A stretch of DNA of 64,000 nt from an uncultured Eubacteriales bacterium (GCA_900540085.1 UQEU01000002.1:20833-84832), one strand, 5' to 3'. Positions 45,686 through 57,036 are shown, numbered from the stretch's first letter. Numbers and translations: made by a program. The notes: a model not told the origin generated them from the letters alone.

Positions 45686-46873
45686 ATGAGAATTTACGCA
45701 GACAATGCAGCAACAACCAAAACGAGCGAAGCTGCTATAAAAGAAATGCTGAAATACTTAAACGAGATATATGCAAACCCTTCAAGTTTACATACAGACG
45801 GGCAAATTGCTGCCGAAGCGTTACAAAATGCAAGACAAAGAATTGCCGACAGACTGAACTGTTTGCCGAATGAAATTTATTTTACATCGGGCGGGAGCGA
45901 ATCTGACAATCAAGCAATCATTTCTGCCGCCGTTAACGGAAAAAGGAAAGGCAAAACTCACATAATTTCAAGTGCTTTTGAGCATCACGCAGTTTTACAT
46001 ACGCTAAAGAAATTAGAAAAAGAGGGTTTTGAAATAACCTTACTTAATGTTCACGAAAACGGAATAATCAACCCGAGTGAACTTGAAAAAGCAATAACGG
46101 ACAAGACCTGTCTTGTAACAATTATGTTTGCCAACAACGAAATAGGCACCATTCAGCCGATTGAAGAAATAGGGAAAATCTGCAAAAAACACAATGTTAT
46201 TTTCCACACAGACGCAGTTCAAGCGGCAGGACACATCAAAATTGATGTTAAAAAATTAAACATTGATATGCTTTCGCTTTCTGCACACAAATTTCACGGT
46301 CCGAAAGGTACAGGCGTTCTCTATTCAAGAAACGGAATTGCACTGTCAAACATAATAGAGGGCGGTGCTCAGGAAAGAGGAAAGCGTGCAGGAACGGAAA
46401 ATCTGCCTGCAATAATGGGAATGGCAATCGCACTTGAGCAATCGCTTGACAACTGCGAAAAAGACAATGAAAAAATGTTGAAATTAAGAAACAGACTTAC
46501 AGACGGATTGCTTGAAATACCGCACAGTATCCTAAACGGCGACAGAAAACAAAGACTGTCATCAAATGTAAACATCTGTTTCGAGGGTATTGAAGGCGAA
46601 TCATTATTACTTTTACTTGACGAAAAAGGCGTATCGGCGTCATCGGGTTCTGCCTGCACATCGGGTTCATTAGACCCGAGTCATGTACTGCTTGCAATCG
46701 GCAGACCACACGAAATTGCTCACGGTTCATTGCGTCTTTCTCTTTGCGAAAGCAACACGGAAGAAGAAATTGAATACATAATTAAATCTGTAAAAGAAGT
46801 TGTTGAATATTTACGCTCCATTTCACCCGTTTGGCGTGATTTATGCAACGGCAAAAGAAATTTTATAGTATAA
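45686..46873 (+). CDS. nifS: Cysteine desulfurase (NifS/IscS family)
   Basis: PLP-lysine region SAHKFHGPKG and active Cys loop SSGSACTSG. Confidence 0.9.
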   Translation: MRIYADNAATTKTSEAAIKEMLKYLNEIYANPSSLHTDGQIAAEALQNARQRIADRLNCLPNEIYFTSGGSESDNQAIISAAVNGKRKGKTHIISSAFEHHAVLHTLKKLEKEGFEITLLNVHENGIINPSELEKAITDKTCLVTIMFANNEIGTIQPIEEIGKICKKHNVIFHTDAVQAAGHIKIDVKKLNIDMLSLSAHKFHGPKGTGVLYSRNGIALSNIIEGGAQERGKRAGTENLPAIMGMAIALEQSLDNCEKDNEKMLKLRNRLTDGLLEIPHSILNGDRKQRLSSNVNICFEGIEGESLLLLLDEKGVSASSGSACTSGSLDPSHVLLAIGRPHEIAHGSLRLSLCESNTEEEIEYIIKSVKEVVEYLRSISPVWRDLCNGKRNFIV

Positions 46874-46896
46874 AACGATAAAAGGAGTAAAAAATT

Positions 46897-47328
46897 ATGG
46901 CATTGTACAGTGAAAAAGTGATGGACCACTTTAAAAATCCAAGAAATGTAGGTATAATAGAAAATGCAGACGGCATTGGCGAAGTAGGAAATGCAAAATG
47001 CGGAGATATTATGAAAATATATCTAAAAATCGAAAATGACATTATAGAAGATGTTAAATTTGAAACTTTCGGTTGCGGTTCTGCTATCGCTTCAAGTTCA
47101 ATGGCAACAGAACTAATTAAAGGAAAACCCGTAAATGAGGCATTGGAATTGAGCAACAAAGCGGTTGCCGAAGCACTTGACGGACTGCCTGCACACAAAC
47201 TGCATTGTTCCGTTTTAGCTGAAGAAGCGATAAAATCTGCCGTTAAAGACTACTATGATAAAAACGGAATTGATTACGACAAGTCGCAATTTCCCGATTG
47301 TGAACACTGCGAGCATTGTTCTTTATAA
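46897..47328 (+). CDS. nifU: Fe-S cluster assembly scaffold NifU/IscU-like
   Basis: NifU N-terminal domain with three conserved Cys (GNAKCGD, GCGSAIAS, HCS) and a C-terminal Cys cluster. Confidence 0.9.
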   Translation: MALYSEKVMDHFKNPRNVGIIENADGIGEVGNAKCGDIMKIYLKIENDIIEDVKFETFGCGSAIASSSMATELIKGKPVNEALELSNKAVAEALDGLPAHKLHCSVLAEEAIKSAVKDYYDKNGIDYDKSQFPDCEHCEHCSL

Positions 47329-47389
47329 CGACACAGCATTATTTCATTAAAATTCTGTGATATTTAAAATTCATCAAAGAGGTATTTAT

Positions 47390-47800
47390 ATGAAAATTTC
47401 AACAAAAGGCAGATACGCTCTGCGTGTAATGGCTCAACTTGCAAAAAACGGCAGTGAAAACTATACACCGCTTAAAGAAATTGCCGAAAAAGAAAAAATC
47501 TCTTTAAAATATCTCGAGGGAATAATGACAACGCTCTCAAAAGCCGATTTTGTAAATGCCGTTCACGGTAAAGGCGGCGGATACAAGTTGAGCAAATCGC
47601 CAAAGGAATACACGGTGGGAAGTATTTTGAAATTAACAGAAAAAACTCTTTGCCCCGTTGCCTGTCTTGATGAAAACAACAAACAGTGCAAAATGGCAGA
47701 TGATTGTCTTACCCAGCCCCTTTGGTCAAAACTCAACAAAGTTATAGATGACTTTTTTGAAGAAATTACACTTGATGATTTGGTAAACAGAAAAATTTAA
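47390..47800 (+). CDS. Rrf2-family transcriptional regulator (IscR/CymR-like)
   Basis: MKISTKGRYALRVMAQLA Rrf2 HTH. The start at 47390 is preferred over the track start at 47357. Confidence 0.85.
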   Translation: MKISTKGRYALRVMAQLAKNGSENYTPLKEIAEKEKISLKYLEGIMTTLSKADFVNAVHGKGGGYKLSKSPKEYTVGSILKLTEKTLCPVACLDENNKQCKMADDCLTQPLWSKLNKVIDDFFEEITLDDLVNRKI

Positions 47801-47815
47801 TAAACATCTAAATAT

Positions 47816-47875
47816 ACAAAAAAGCGTCGTAAAGTTTTCAAAACAAACTTTACGACGCTTAAATTTTTATTTTTT
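47816..47875. terminator. Bidirectional terminator between rrf2 (+) and the SSS transporter gene (-)
   Basis: Hairpin aagcgtcgtaaagtt...aactttacgacgctt flanked by A- and T-runs. Confidence 0.7.
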
Positions 47876-47910
47876 ACTAATCAAAACAGTGATTTTCAAT
47901 CAATGATTTA

Positions 47911-49428
47911 TCAATCTTTCATTGCTTTAACTTCTTCAAATGTGTCTATAACTTCCTGTTCGGGTGCTTTTGTCAAAAGCGATACAACTACAATAAACAA
48001 TGAAGAGATGATAAATGCAGGCAAAAGTTCGTAGATTTCAAAAATTCCGCCTTGTAAATAGTGCCAAGCAATTACGCTCACGCCACCGCTTACCATTCCT
48101 GCAAGCGCACCCCATTTTGTTGTGCGTTTCCAGAAAAGTGCAAACAACATAAGCGGTCCGAAAGCACCGCCGAAGCCTGCCCAAGCAAACGAAACAATTT
48201 TGAAAACAGACGAGTCTTTATCCCACGCAAAGAAAACGGCAATGATTGAAATGACAAGCAAAGTTCCTCTTGCCCAAATCATATTTTGTTTTGCAGTCAA
48301 TTTCTTTTTGAATGTACCTACAACTATATTTTGAGAAACTGCCGACGCAGCAGTCAAAAGCTGGCTGTCTGCCGTTGACATTGTTGAAGCAAGAATTCCT
48401 GCAATGATTACACCCGCAGCAAGAGCGGCGAGTACGCCGTTTTTTGCAAGAAGATTTGAAATTGAAATTACAACTGTTTCACTGTCTTTCAAAACCATAG
48501 ACGGCTCAACATTTGACATTGCAAGACCTACAACGCCGATAAAAATTGCAGCTGCCATTGAAATGACAACCCAAACGGTCGCAATTCTTCTTGAAGTTTT
48601 AATCTTTTTACTGTCTTCAATAGCCATAAATCTGAGCAGGATGTGAGGCATACCGAAGTAACCGAGTCCCCACGCAAGCGTTGAGATAATTTTCATGGCA
48701 CCGAACTCAACTGCACCGCCGTTTCCGTCTGTTGTGGAAACCATAGAAATATAGTTCGGAATTGCACGGGCATTTTCGGCAACCTGTTCAAATCCTCCTG
48801 CCGTATAAACGCCAAAGCCAAGAACAACTACAAGCGCAATCGACATTACTATACTTTGAATAAGGTCGGTTGTTGACGCTGCAAGGAAACCGCCGAGACA
48901 AGTGTAGCCGACAATAACAACGGCAGAAATAATCATAGCAGTATGATAATCTGCACCGAAAAGCGTTTCAAAAAGTTTTCCGCAAGCGGCAAATCCCGAA
49001 GCGGTGTAAGGAACGAAGAAAATGATAATAACTATTGCCGAAATACACGCAAGAATATTTTTATCATCTTTAAATCTGTTTGAGAAAAAGTCGGGTACGG
49101 TTATGGCATTTATTTTACTTGAATACTTTCTGAGTCTTTTTGCAACTATCAGCCAATTCAAATATGTACCGATAATCAAGCCGATTGCAGTCCAGCTTGC
49201 CTCTGCGATACCGCAAAGATATGCAAGTCCCGGCAAACCCATAAGAAGCCACGAACTCATATCGGAAGCCTCTGCACTCATAGCCGTTACAAGCGGTCCG
49301 AGTTTTCTTCCGCCTAAATAAAAATCATCTACATTTTTGTTTTTCTTTGAACTCCAGAAGCCTATCGCAAGAACGACTGCAAGATAAACGACAACCGAAG
49401 TCATTATTAAAATTACGGTTTTAGACAC
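47911..49428 (-). CDS. Sodium:solute symporter family transporter (PutP/PanF-like)
   Basis: 505 aa, 13 TM. SSS-family N-terminal pattern (DDFYLGGRKLGPLVTAMSAEASDMSSWLLMGLPG). Confidence 0.85.
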   Translation of the reverse strand: MSKTVILIMTSVVVYLAVVLAIGFWSSKKNKNVDDFYLGGRKLGPLVTAMSAEASDMSSWLLMGLPGLAYLCGIAEASWTAIGLIIGTYLNWLIVAKRLRKYSSKINAITVPDFFSNRFKDDKNILACISAIVIIIFFVPYTASGFAACGKLFETLFGADYHTAMIISAVVIVGYTCLGGFLAASTTDLIQSIVMSIALVVVLGFGVYTAGGFEQVAENARAIPNYISMVSTTDGNGGAVEFGAMKIISTLAWGLGYFGMPHILLRFMAIEDSKKIKTSRRIATVWVVISMAAAIFIGVVGLAMSNVEPSMVLKDSETVVISISNLLAKNGVLAALAAGVIIAGILASTMSTADSQLLTAASAVSQNIVVGTFKKKLTAKQNMIWARGTLLVISIIAVFFAWDKDSSVFKIVSFAWAGFGGAFGPLMLFALFWKRTTKWGALAGMVSGGVSVIAWHYLQGGIFEIYELLPAFIISSLFIVVVSLLTKAPEQEVIDTFEEVKAMKD

Positions 49429-49628
49429 AATACTCCTCCTGATAAATATTTTAAAGATGTGTTATTTTACCATAATTATGTATATTCGTCAAATTCAAAC
49501 AGGAAAATATGAGATATACGACAATTACAATCAAACATGCTTAATATTTAATAAATGTTTTCGGCGTTTTTCAAACATTTGAAAAATGCAAAAAGAAAAA
49601 ACGGCAAGTTCAAAACTTGCCGTTTTTA

Positions 49629-49704
49629 TGGTGGGAACAACAGGGCTCGAACCTGTGACCCTCTGCTTGTAAGGCAGATGCTCTCCCAGCTGAGCTATGC
49701 TCCC
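49629..49704 (-). tRNA. tRNA-Val (anticodon UAC)
   Basis: Reverse complement GGGAGCATAGCTCAGCTGGGAGAGCATCTGCCTTACAAGCAGAGGGTCACAGGTTCGAGCCCTGTTGTTCCCACCA. Anticodon loop CTTACAA. CCA encoded. Confidence 0.9.
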
Positions 49705-49763
49705 GCTCAAGCAAAATGAATTATATCAAAACACAATCAAAATGTCAAGAGCATTATTAAATT

Positions 49764-50159
49764 TTATTGATTTTCTTCAATAATTATTTTGAAAAGTTCT
49801 TTAAGCCTGTCGCTTTCGCCGTTCAGATACAAATACCCAAACAGACTTTCGAGACCTGTGGCAAGACGATAGTCAATAACCGACGCATTTTTCGCAGTAT
49901 GATTGGAATGAGCGTTTCTGCCCCTTTTTGCCACTGCTTTTTCTTTTTCCGTCAAAACACAGTCTATTTTTTTCAAAGCCTCTGCCTGAAACCCTGCACG
50001 AACTTTTGCCGTGCTGAGTTTGTGCAAATCGTTTACGGGACGGTTTGCCTCACATACAAGGCTTTCTCTTACAAAAAGTTCATATACACAGTCGCCTACA
50101 AAAGCAAGGGTAAGCGGACTGAGTTCATTAGGATTTACTTTTTCTTCTAAAAATCTCAT
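49764..50159 (-). CDS. mrnC: Mini-ribonuclease III (MrnC/YazC)
   Basis: 131 aa. RNase III signature region LAFVGDCVYELFVRE. Confidence 0.8.
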   Translation of the reverse strand: MRFLEEKVNPNELSPLTLAFVGDCVYELFVRESLVCEANRPVNDLHKLSTAKVRAGFQAEALKKIDCVLTEKEKAVAKRGRNAHSNHTAKNASVIDYRLATGLESLFGYLYLNGESDRLKELFKIIIEENQ

Positions 50160-50164
50160 TTTAA

Positions 50165-51436
50165 TTACTCAACAAATTCAAATTCAATATCATAAAGCGA
50201 AACAATGTCGCCCTCTTCACAGCCCTGTTCACGCAAAGCGTCAAAAACACCCGTTTTTTCAAGAACTCTCTGCATATACTGTAAACTCTCATAGTCGTCG
50301 ATATTGACTCCTTTAAGCACTTTCGGGAACCAATCTGCTTCAACAAGAAAATATCCGTCATCGACTTTTGTGATTTTAAAAGCGTTGTCGTCTTTAACGA
50401 ACGCTTCCATAGGAATTTCCTCTGCTTCGTATTCTTTAATCGGCGGCAACTCGCTGAGTTTTTGCCAAACGGCATTCATCAACTCTTTTGTACCTTCCAA
50501 AATCGGAGCGCAAATAGGATAAAAATCGTAGCCTTTATCGTTCACATACTTTTTAAATTCCTCTATTTGCTCGGGTTCTGCCATATCTATTTTATTTCCT
50601 GCAACAATCATAGGACGCTTTGCAAGTTCTTCGTCAAACTTTGCAAGTTCTTTATTGATGATTTCAAAATCTTCAATAGGATTTCTGCCCTCGCTGCCCG
50701 AAACATCTACAATATGAATAAGCAAACGGCATCTGTCAACATGCTTTAAAAATTCGTGACCGAGACCTACTCCGTCGCCTGCGCCCTCAATCAAACCGGG
50801 AATATCCGCCATAACGAAAGAATTTCCTTCACCCATATACACAACGCCCAAATTGGGAACAAGAGTTGTAAAGTGATAGTCGGCAATCTTCGGTTTTGCC
50901 TGACTTACAACAGAGATGAGACTGCTCTTTCCGACACTCGGAAATCCGACAAGTCCGACATCTGCCAAAAGTTTGAGTTCAAGGTTTACCTCCCACTCTT
51001 CTCCCGGCACACCGGGTTTTGCAAATCTCGGAACTTGGCGTGTAGGAGTTGCAAAATGAATGTTTCCCCATCCGCCTTTTCCGCCTTTAGCAGCAATAAA
51101 GCGTTCTGTTTTGCTCATATCTGCCATAACGGCGCCTGTTGTCGCTTCTCTGATAACCGTACCTCTCGGCACACGAATTTCAAGGTCTGCACCTTTTTTA
51201 CCGTACTGTCTGTTTCCTCTGCCGTTTTCTCCGTTTTGGGCAGAGTATTTTCTTTTATATCTGAAATCGGCAAGCGTAGCAAGGTTGTCGTCAACAACAA
51301 AAACAACATCTCCGCCCTTTCCGCCGTCGCCGCCGTCGGGACCGCCCGATGCAACATACTTTTCACGGTGAAAGGCAACTGCACCGTCGCCGCCGTTTCC
51401 GCCTTTAATTTTAACTTTCGCTATATCTACAAACAT
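50165..51436 (-). CDS. obg: GTPase Obg/CgtA
   Basis: Glycine-rich Obg fold (GGNGGDGAVAFHREKYVASGGPDGGDGGKGG). G-domain GFPSVGKSS. C-terminal OCT domain. Confidence 0.95.
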   Translation of the reverse strand: MFVDIAKVKIKGGNGGDGAVAFHREKYVASGGPDGGDGGKGGDVVFVVDDNLATLADFRYKRKYSAQNGENGRGNRQYGKKGADLEIRVPRGTVIREATTGAVMADMSKTERFIAAKGGKGGWGNIHFATPTRQVPRFAKPGVPGEEWEVNLELKLLADVGLVGFPSVGKSSLISVVSQAKPKIADYHFTTLVPNLGVVYMGEGNSFVMADIPGLIEGAGDGVGLGHEFLKHVDRCRLLIHIVDVSGSEGRNPIEDFEIINKELAKFDEELAKRPMIVAGNKIDMAEPEQIEEFKKYVNDKGYDFYPICAPILEGTKELMNAVWQKLSELPPIKEYEAEEIPMEAFVKDDNAFKITKVDDGYFLVEADWFPKVLKGVNIDDYESLQYMQRVLEKTGVFDALREQGCEEGDIVSLYDIEFEFVE

Positions 51437-51611
51437 ATATTCACTTCCTTTTTACTTGTTAATATTAACAGAAAAGGCTTTCAAATGCAAACAAAAGCAG
51501 AAATTAAATTAAATAAAATCAGATTAAATCTTATTAGATTATATTATATACAAATATAAAACAATATAAAAACAATCAAAACACGAATATAAAATTCAGG
51601 GTGCAGAAAAA

Positions 51612-54600
51612 TCAATGCAAATAATCTTTATTTCTTCTGACAATTTCAACTCCGGGAACTGCGTTATGCGGAAGTTTACTGAGTTTAACAGTCAAATTAT
51701 CCTTTGCCGTAAATTTGTTTTCAAACGGTCTTTTTTCGACTCTGTCGTACAACGGATAAGCAAGTTTATGTTCACTTTCTCCGTTAACTCCGACTGCTGA
51801 AAGAATAATTATATCTTTATTATTCGGCATTTCAAGAACATTTACGCCTTTTACATCTATTTCACAGAAGAAAACGCACATCTGTTTTGCTATGACATCT
51901 TCTTTTCTCTCGTTGTGAGCGTGTGTAAACTCATATGCAACTTTACAATCTTTCAAATAGGCAGTTTCGCCGAGACCGACCATATCCCACGCACCGACAG
52001 GCTCTGTAGCACTGAAAAATTCAAGTGTATCAGGTTTGCCGTCACGGAAAAACTTCGCCGTACAGTCGTCTTTTTCACAAAAAGCAAGCATACAAAGTTT
52101 ATCAAATTTACCGTTCAATTCAATTTTTGCTCCGTCGCACCTATACGCTTTGTCTGACGGCAGAGTAAAATCCACACCTTTATAAAATATCTTTTCGGGT
52201 TTAATTTCCAAAGGCAATGTCAAAGACGCAAAATCATTGTACTGTGCCGTATTTCTGCTTGAGTTTCTTGTAAACACCGTATAGTTTTCAGGCAAAGGAA
52301 CATTGTTCTGATTGATTTTTCTTTGCTTGATTTTTGACGGTTTAAGTTTAAGTACAAACGATTTCACATCGTACGGTTCAATGTCAAACACAAGCCGTCC
52401 GTCTTTAACAACAGCATTGCCGAGTGTTTCCTCGCTTGCATATATTTCCCTTGCACTTTCAATTCCGTTTCCGAGCGTGAAATTAACATTTTCAGTAAAT
52501 TTATTTTCACCCTCATTAAATCTTACAACAATTTCGTCAGTTTCTTCTGCCTTTTTCAAAGCACGCAAGATAACATTTTCTTTATCAATACTGCCAAAAG
52601 AATATTCATACCCGAAATTGCCCGAATGTTTATCTACTATAACAACACCGACGCTTTGGTTAAATTCTCTTGCAGAATTTTGAGTGGAATTAATCTCGCC
52701 TGCGTGTGAATGTATGGCAAAACCGTATCGGTTAAGCCCCGTATCCATCAAACTTTGCATACTTTCACGCAAAAAGTTTCTTGCAGGAGTGTGAACAACC
52801 GTCATTCTCAAAACATTGTTTTCAGGTTTATCCCAACCGTATTTACTGTCGCTGATAACAGATACACCAAAACCGTCTTCGGTAATATCTGCCCATTTTT
52901 GTGCAGGCACTTCATAAAGTTGTTCTGTGTTGTTCTTTCTCTTTATGGCACCCAAACCCAAGTCGTATGTCGCTGTTTCGTTTGAAACGGCAAGTGAAAA
53001 ACGCTCTTTTAAAAGAGTTTTTTGTTCGTACCATTCAATTTCATTTTGCACATCTGCAAACTGCGCGCCGTTAAACAGAGAAACTACCGATTTGAAAACC
53101 GAATTACCGTGCTTTTGCACAATCTCCGTTCCTACACACGCAGGGCCGTCATACAAGATTTTTTTGCTGACAAGTTTAGGCGTTTCAAATTTCTTTTGAC
53201 ATACACTTTTATATGTCAACTCCCATGCAGGATACGAATAATTGCCGTTATAATTAATCAACTGATGACAAATCGGTGCTTTCAAAGTTTCTTTTCCGAA
53301 TTCTTTATCAAAAATGCTTGAAATATCGCCGTTTTCATTAAATTTCACAATATATTTTTCATTTTCAATACAATCTTCACTTGCTTTTAATAAATTTTCA
53401 AAGCACGGTTTTTCATCACACTGTGAAATATCAAATACTTTATACGACAAAGACGGCAAAACGCAAGTAAAAGCAACAACGGTTTTACCGTTTTCTTTAA
53501 TTATCTGTGACGGCATTTCTTTGCCGTTTCCGTCCTTTACAGACACATATTTACTGCTTATCGGAAGTTGAACTTTAACAAGTGAATTTCTCTCATATTC
53601 AAGAGAATTGTTGACAACAACGGCAACTCCCTTTACCCACGAAGTATCCATACAATCAGCGACAGAACCTAAACTATGCTCATACTCTGCCTCAAATTGA
53701 TTTAAAGACAAAGCATAGTCATTCCACGAGCGTTTGTAAACACGCTGAAGAGAAGTACCTGTAATATCATCGTGAAATTGGTGTGAAATAACTCTTTTCC
53801 ACGCTTTTTCAAACTGTTTTTCAGGGTACGGTGTTCCGTTTGCAAAATTGGCGGCAACAGCAGTTCTTTCAACCATATCCGCAAGTTCTTCGTTTCTTCT
53901 GTTCCACCGTTTTCCGATGGCTCTTGAGGTATAACTTCCGACGCCGTGATTTGTCATAACGAGTTCGTTGTTCCATATCGGCAGTCTGTCTTTTTGCGTT
54001 TCGCTCAAAGCGTTTAAATCATAGTAAATTTTGTCGCTTTTTTCACTCAAAACCTTAACTTCGTTTTGAGCATTTTCATTTATCTCACTCTGCAAAACGC
54101 TGACAGACCTGTCTTTCGGAGCGCCTCCCTGATCGCCTGCACCGTGAAATGAAAATGTCCACGGCAACTTGTACTTTTTCTCGTTTTCCGAGAGCTTTTT
54201 TGCATTATCTTTTTTTTCTCTGACTTTTTTATACGCCAAAACATAGGCATCAGGTTTTACTGACGCAAAACAATACTTTCCGTTTACGCCGTACCATTTT
54301 CCTATATCAAAAGGTGTTCCGTAGGCAGAACCCCAACTGAGTTTTTGAGTTGTAAATCCCAAAAGATTTGCGTGATTTATGATTGACGGCAAGGCATAGC
54401 CAAAACCAAAACAGTCAGGCAAAAATATATCTTTGCTTGTCTTTGAAAATTTCTTTTTAAAATAGCCGTTTCCGTAAAGAATATTTCTGAAAAGTGCTTC
54501 GGGCGACGGCACATTTACATCGCCGTTTTCATACGCACTTCCGGCAACATTCCATCTGCCTTCTTCGATGTACTTTTTAAGTTTTTCAAACTCTTCCGGA

Positions 54601-54778
54601 TAGTATTCCTCAAAAAGTTCGTATCTGTATGCACCCTCAAAATTGAACTTGTAATCTGGGTACTTTTCAAACAAGTCAAAATTCTTGTAAAGAGTATTGT
54701 ACAAACAGTTGTAAATCGTATGTTCAACATCCCAATTCCAAACAGTATCAAGGTGTGAAGTAGCGCAAGTATAAATTC
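51612..54778 (-). CDS. Glycoside hydrolase family 38 alpha-mannosidase
   Basis: N-terminal GH38 catalytic domain (TCATSHLDTVWNW ... GRWNVAGSAYENGDVNVPSPEALFRN). About 1055 aa from the ATG at 54778, which has RBS AGGAGAT. The track ORF is extended 5' across the RBS. Confidence 0.85.
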
Positions 54779-55117
54779 TTTTTTCCATAGCAGCAAAAAT
54801 CTCCTTTAAACACAAAAATAAATTGATTTTGCAAAAAAAATTTCCTTTTAATAATATAATAAAATTCAAAATTTTAATATTAATTACATTATTGCAGACA
54901 AAAACAAATATGTCAACATCTTTCTTTTTGTGAAAAATCACAAATTTTTTCAAATAATTTGAATTATTTAAAACGACAGCCAAACAATAACCGAAAGAAA
55001 AAATAATTTTAATTAAGTATATGGATTTATGTCAATAATTGCAAAATACAAATTACTGTGATATACTTTGAGATGATGAATAACAATCCAAAAAATCTGC
55101 TTTTTTGAGGAATTTTT

Positions 55118-56227
55118 ATGAAACAAAATCTGATGAAAAAAGACTTTTACAATTTTACGAGAACTGACACAAAAATTGTTAAAGGATTTGCAATTCTTTT
55201 TATGGTTTTAGACCATTTATTTGCATGGCCTGAAAGAATAACAGAAGGAAGTTATATCCCTTTGTTTGTTTATAACGGTGTTCCTATTGAAGAAATCATA
55301 GGACTTATGGGTAAAATCTGCGTCGCACTTTTTGTAATTCTCTCCGGATACGGCACATATGAACAGTTTAAAAGCAGGAACAATGTAAATCAAGGTATTT
55401 TCAAAAAAATCACGGGACTGTATATTAAATATTGGCAAATTTTCGCAGTTTTCGTTCCACTTTACTTTATTTTCGGAACAAAAACAGCAAAATCGGGGTT
55501 TGAAAACCTTGTTTTAAATTTTTTAGCAATAGATATAACATATAACGGCGAATGGTGGTTTTTCACTCCATTTATCATTTTAATGCTTCTTTTTCCTTTG
55601 ATATTAAAATGGGAAAATTCCAAGCACTCAAACTTTACAAGCGATATTTTAATTGTTTTTGCACTCTTTATCTTCACAAACTTTTTTTACGGCAAAATTG
55701 CAGATATGGAGTTTTTCAGAGAATTTGCAGCGTCAAATATAGCGTATCAAATACTCGACACGCTTAAACTTTCAAGAAGTTTTCTTCTCGGTATAATAAT
55801 GGCAAAATATGATTTAATAGGCAAATTTTTAATGCTTTTTAAAAACAGAATTTCTATGTTTTTAATTTGCTCTGCTGTTGCCGTTATGTCTTTGCTTGGT
55901 AAGTGGAAACTCAACTATGACTATGATATGCTCTATGCCGCAGCATTCATTTTCGGCTGCGTCGGCGTTTTTAAAAGCCTGCAATTCAAACCTTTGGAAA
56001 GCGTTTTTGTATGGCTCGGAAAACACAGCACAAACATTTGGCTCATACACTCATCGCTTTGCTATTTGCTCGCTCAAAAACTGATATTTGCACCAAAATA
56101 TCCTTTCTTAATTGTAATTTGGCTTATTTTGCTTTCGGTCGCAATCGGTTTTGCCATTGACAAGTTATTTTACTTTCTTGGCTTTTTGTATAAAAAAGTT
56201 ACAAAATTTGCAACTATTGAAAAATAA
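55118..56227 (+). CDS. Acyltransferase family 3 (OatA-like) integral membrane protein
   Basis: 369 aa, 10 TM. Acyl_transf_3 N-terminal motif (IVKGFAILFMVLDHLF). Confidence 0.8.
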   Translation: MKQNLMKKDFYNFTRTDTKIVKGFAILFMVLDHLFAWPERITEGSYIPLFVYNGVPIEEIIGLMGKICVALFVILSGYGTYEQFKSRNNVNQGIFKKITGLYIKYWQIFAVFVPLYFIFGTKTAKSGFENLVLNFLAIDITYNGEWWFFTPFIILMLLFPLILKWENSKHSNFTSDILIVFALFIFTNFFYGKIADMEFFREFAASNIAYQILDTLKLSRSFLLGIIMAKYDLIGKFLMLFKNRISMFLICSAVAVMSLLGKWKLNYDYDMLYAAAFIFGCVGVFKSLQFKPLESVFVWLGKHSTNIWLIHSSLCYLLAQKLIFAPKYPFLIVIWLILLSVAIGFAIDKLFYFLGFLYKKVTKFATIEK

Positions 56228-56237
56228 ATTTACACAC

Positions 56238-56272
56238 AAAAAAAGACGAGATTAAAACTCGTCTTTTTTTAC
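56238..56272 (+). terminator. Terminator after the acyltransferase gene
   Basis: Hairpin aaagacgagattaaaactcgtcttt followed by T7. Confidence 0.7.
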
Positions 56273-56363
56273 TGAATTATTGAATTATGACAGTATAATA
56301 TAATGTATTAATATATTTAATAATATATATTAGGGCATAACATTGCCAAATACTGATAATACA

Positions 56364-56396
56364 CAAAAACAAAAGCCACTGAAACAGTGGCTTTTT
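56364..56396 (-). terminator. Terminator downstream of rpmA
   Basis: Hairpin gccactgaaacagtggc with flanking A- and T-runs. Confidence 0.6.
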
Positions 56397-56405
56397 CTTG
56401 ATATA

Positions 56406-56690
56406 TTACTGCTCAACAGGGTAAACAGAAACTTTCTTTCTGTCTTTGCCCATTCTTTCATACTTAACCGTACCGTCAATGAGAGCGAAAAGAGTGTCGT
56501 CTGAACCCTTGCCTACATTGTTGCCGGGGTGAATATGAGTTCCTCTTTGACGATAGAGGATGTTGCCTGCAAGAACAAATTGACCGTCTGCTCTTTTAGC
56601 ACCGAGTCTCTTTGACTCACTGTCACGGCCGTTCTTTGTAGAACCCATACCTTTTTTATGAGCAAAAAGTTGTATGTTTAATTTAAGCAT
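56406..56690 (-). CDS. rpmA: 50S ribosomal protein L27
   Basis: Firmicute-type L27 with N-terminal propeptide ([24 protein letters not shown]). Confidence 0.95.
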   Translation of the reverse strand: MLKLNIQLFAHKKGMGSTKNGRDSESKRLGAKRADGQFVLAGNILYRQRGTHIHPGNNVGKGSDDTLFALIDGTVKYERMGKDRKKVSVYPVEQ

Positions 56691-56693
56691 AGA

Positions 56694-57017
56694 TTACACC
56701 TCCGTAACTGTTACTTTTACATTTGAAGGGTACGCCTCTGAAAGTTGCTCTAAATGTAAATAAAGCCCTTTGAGTACCCCCGAAACCTCACGGCTCGGAT
56801 TTTTGTTGTTCAAAACAAACTTCAAATACCCGTCATCAGTTTCAATCAACGCTTTTTGCATAAAAACATCTGTCAAAATATTGGCAGCCAAAGCACAAGA
56901 ACCCGAATGATATGCACAAACAATATCGTCCTCGTTCGCTTTTGCATAGTTTGCGTGACCTTTGCTTTCAAAACCGATAAACTGTCCGCCGTTTTGGAAA
57001 AAAATCGTTTTAATCAT
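56694..57017 (-). CDS. prp: Ribosomal-processing cysteine protease Prp (YsxB)
   Basis: 107 aa between rplU and rpmA. Conserved His/Cys pair (HANYAKANEDDIVCAYHSGSCAL). Confidence 0.85.
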   Translation of the reverse strand: MIKTIFFQNGGQFIGFESKGHANYAKANEDDIVCAYHSGSCALAANILTDVFMQKALIETDDGYLKFVLNNKNPSREVSGVLKGLYLHLEQLSEAYPSNVKVTVTEV

Positions 57018-57036
57018 TTTTAATCACTGTTGAAAA

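Noticed and set aside
54779-54983. 5' extension of the GH38 ORF (track start at 54983)
   Set aside because: The extension is low-complexity, crosses the AGGAGAT RBS, and lacks homology. The GH38 domain begins at the ATG at 54778.
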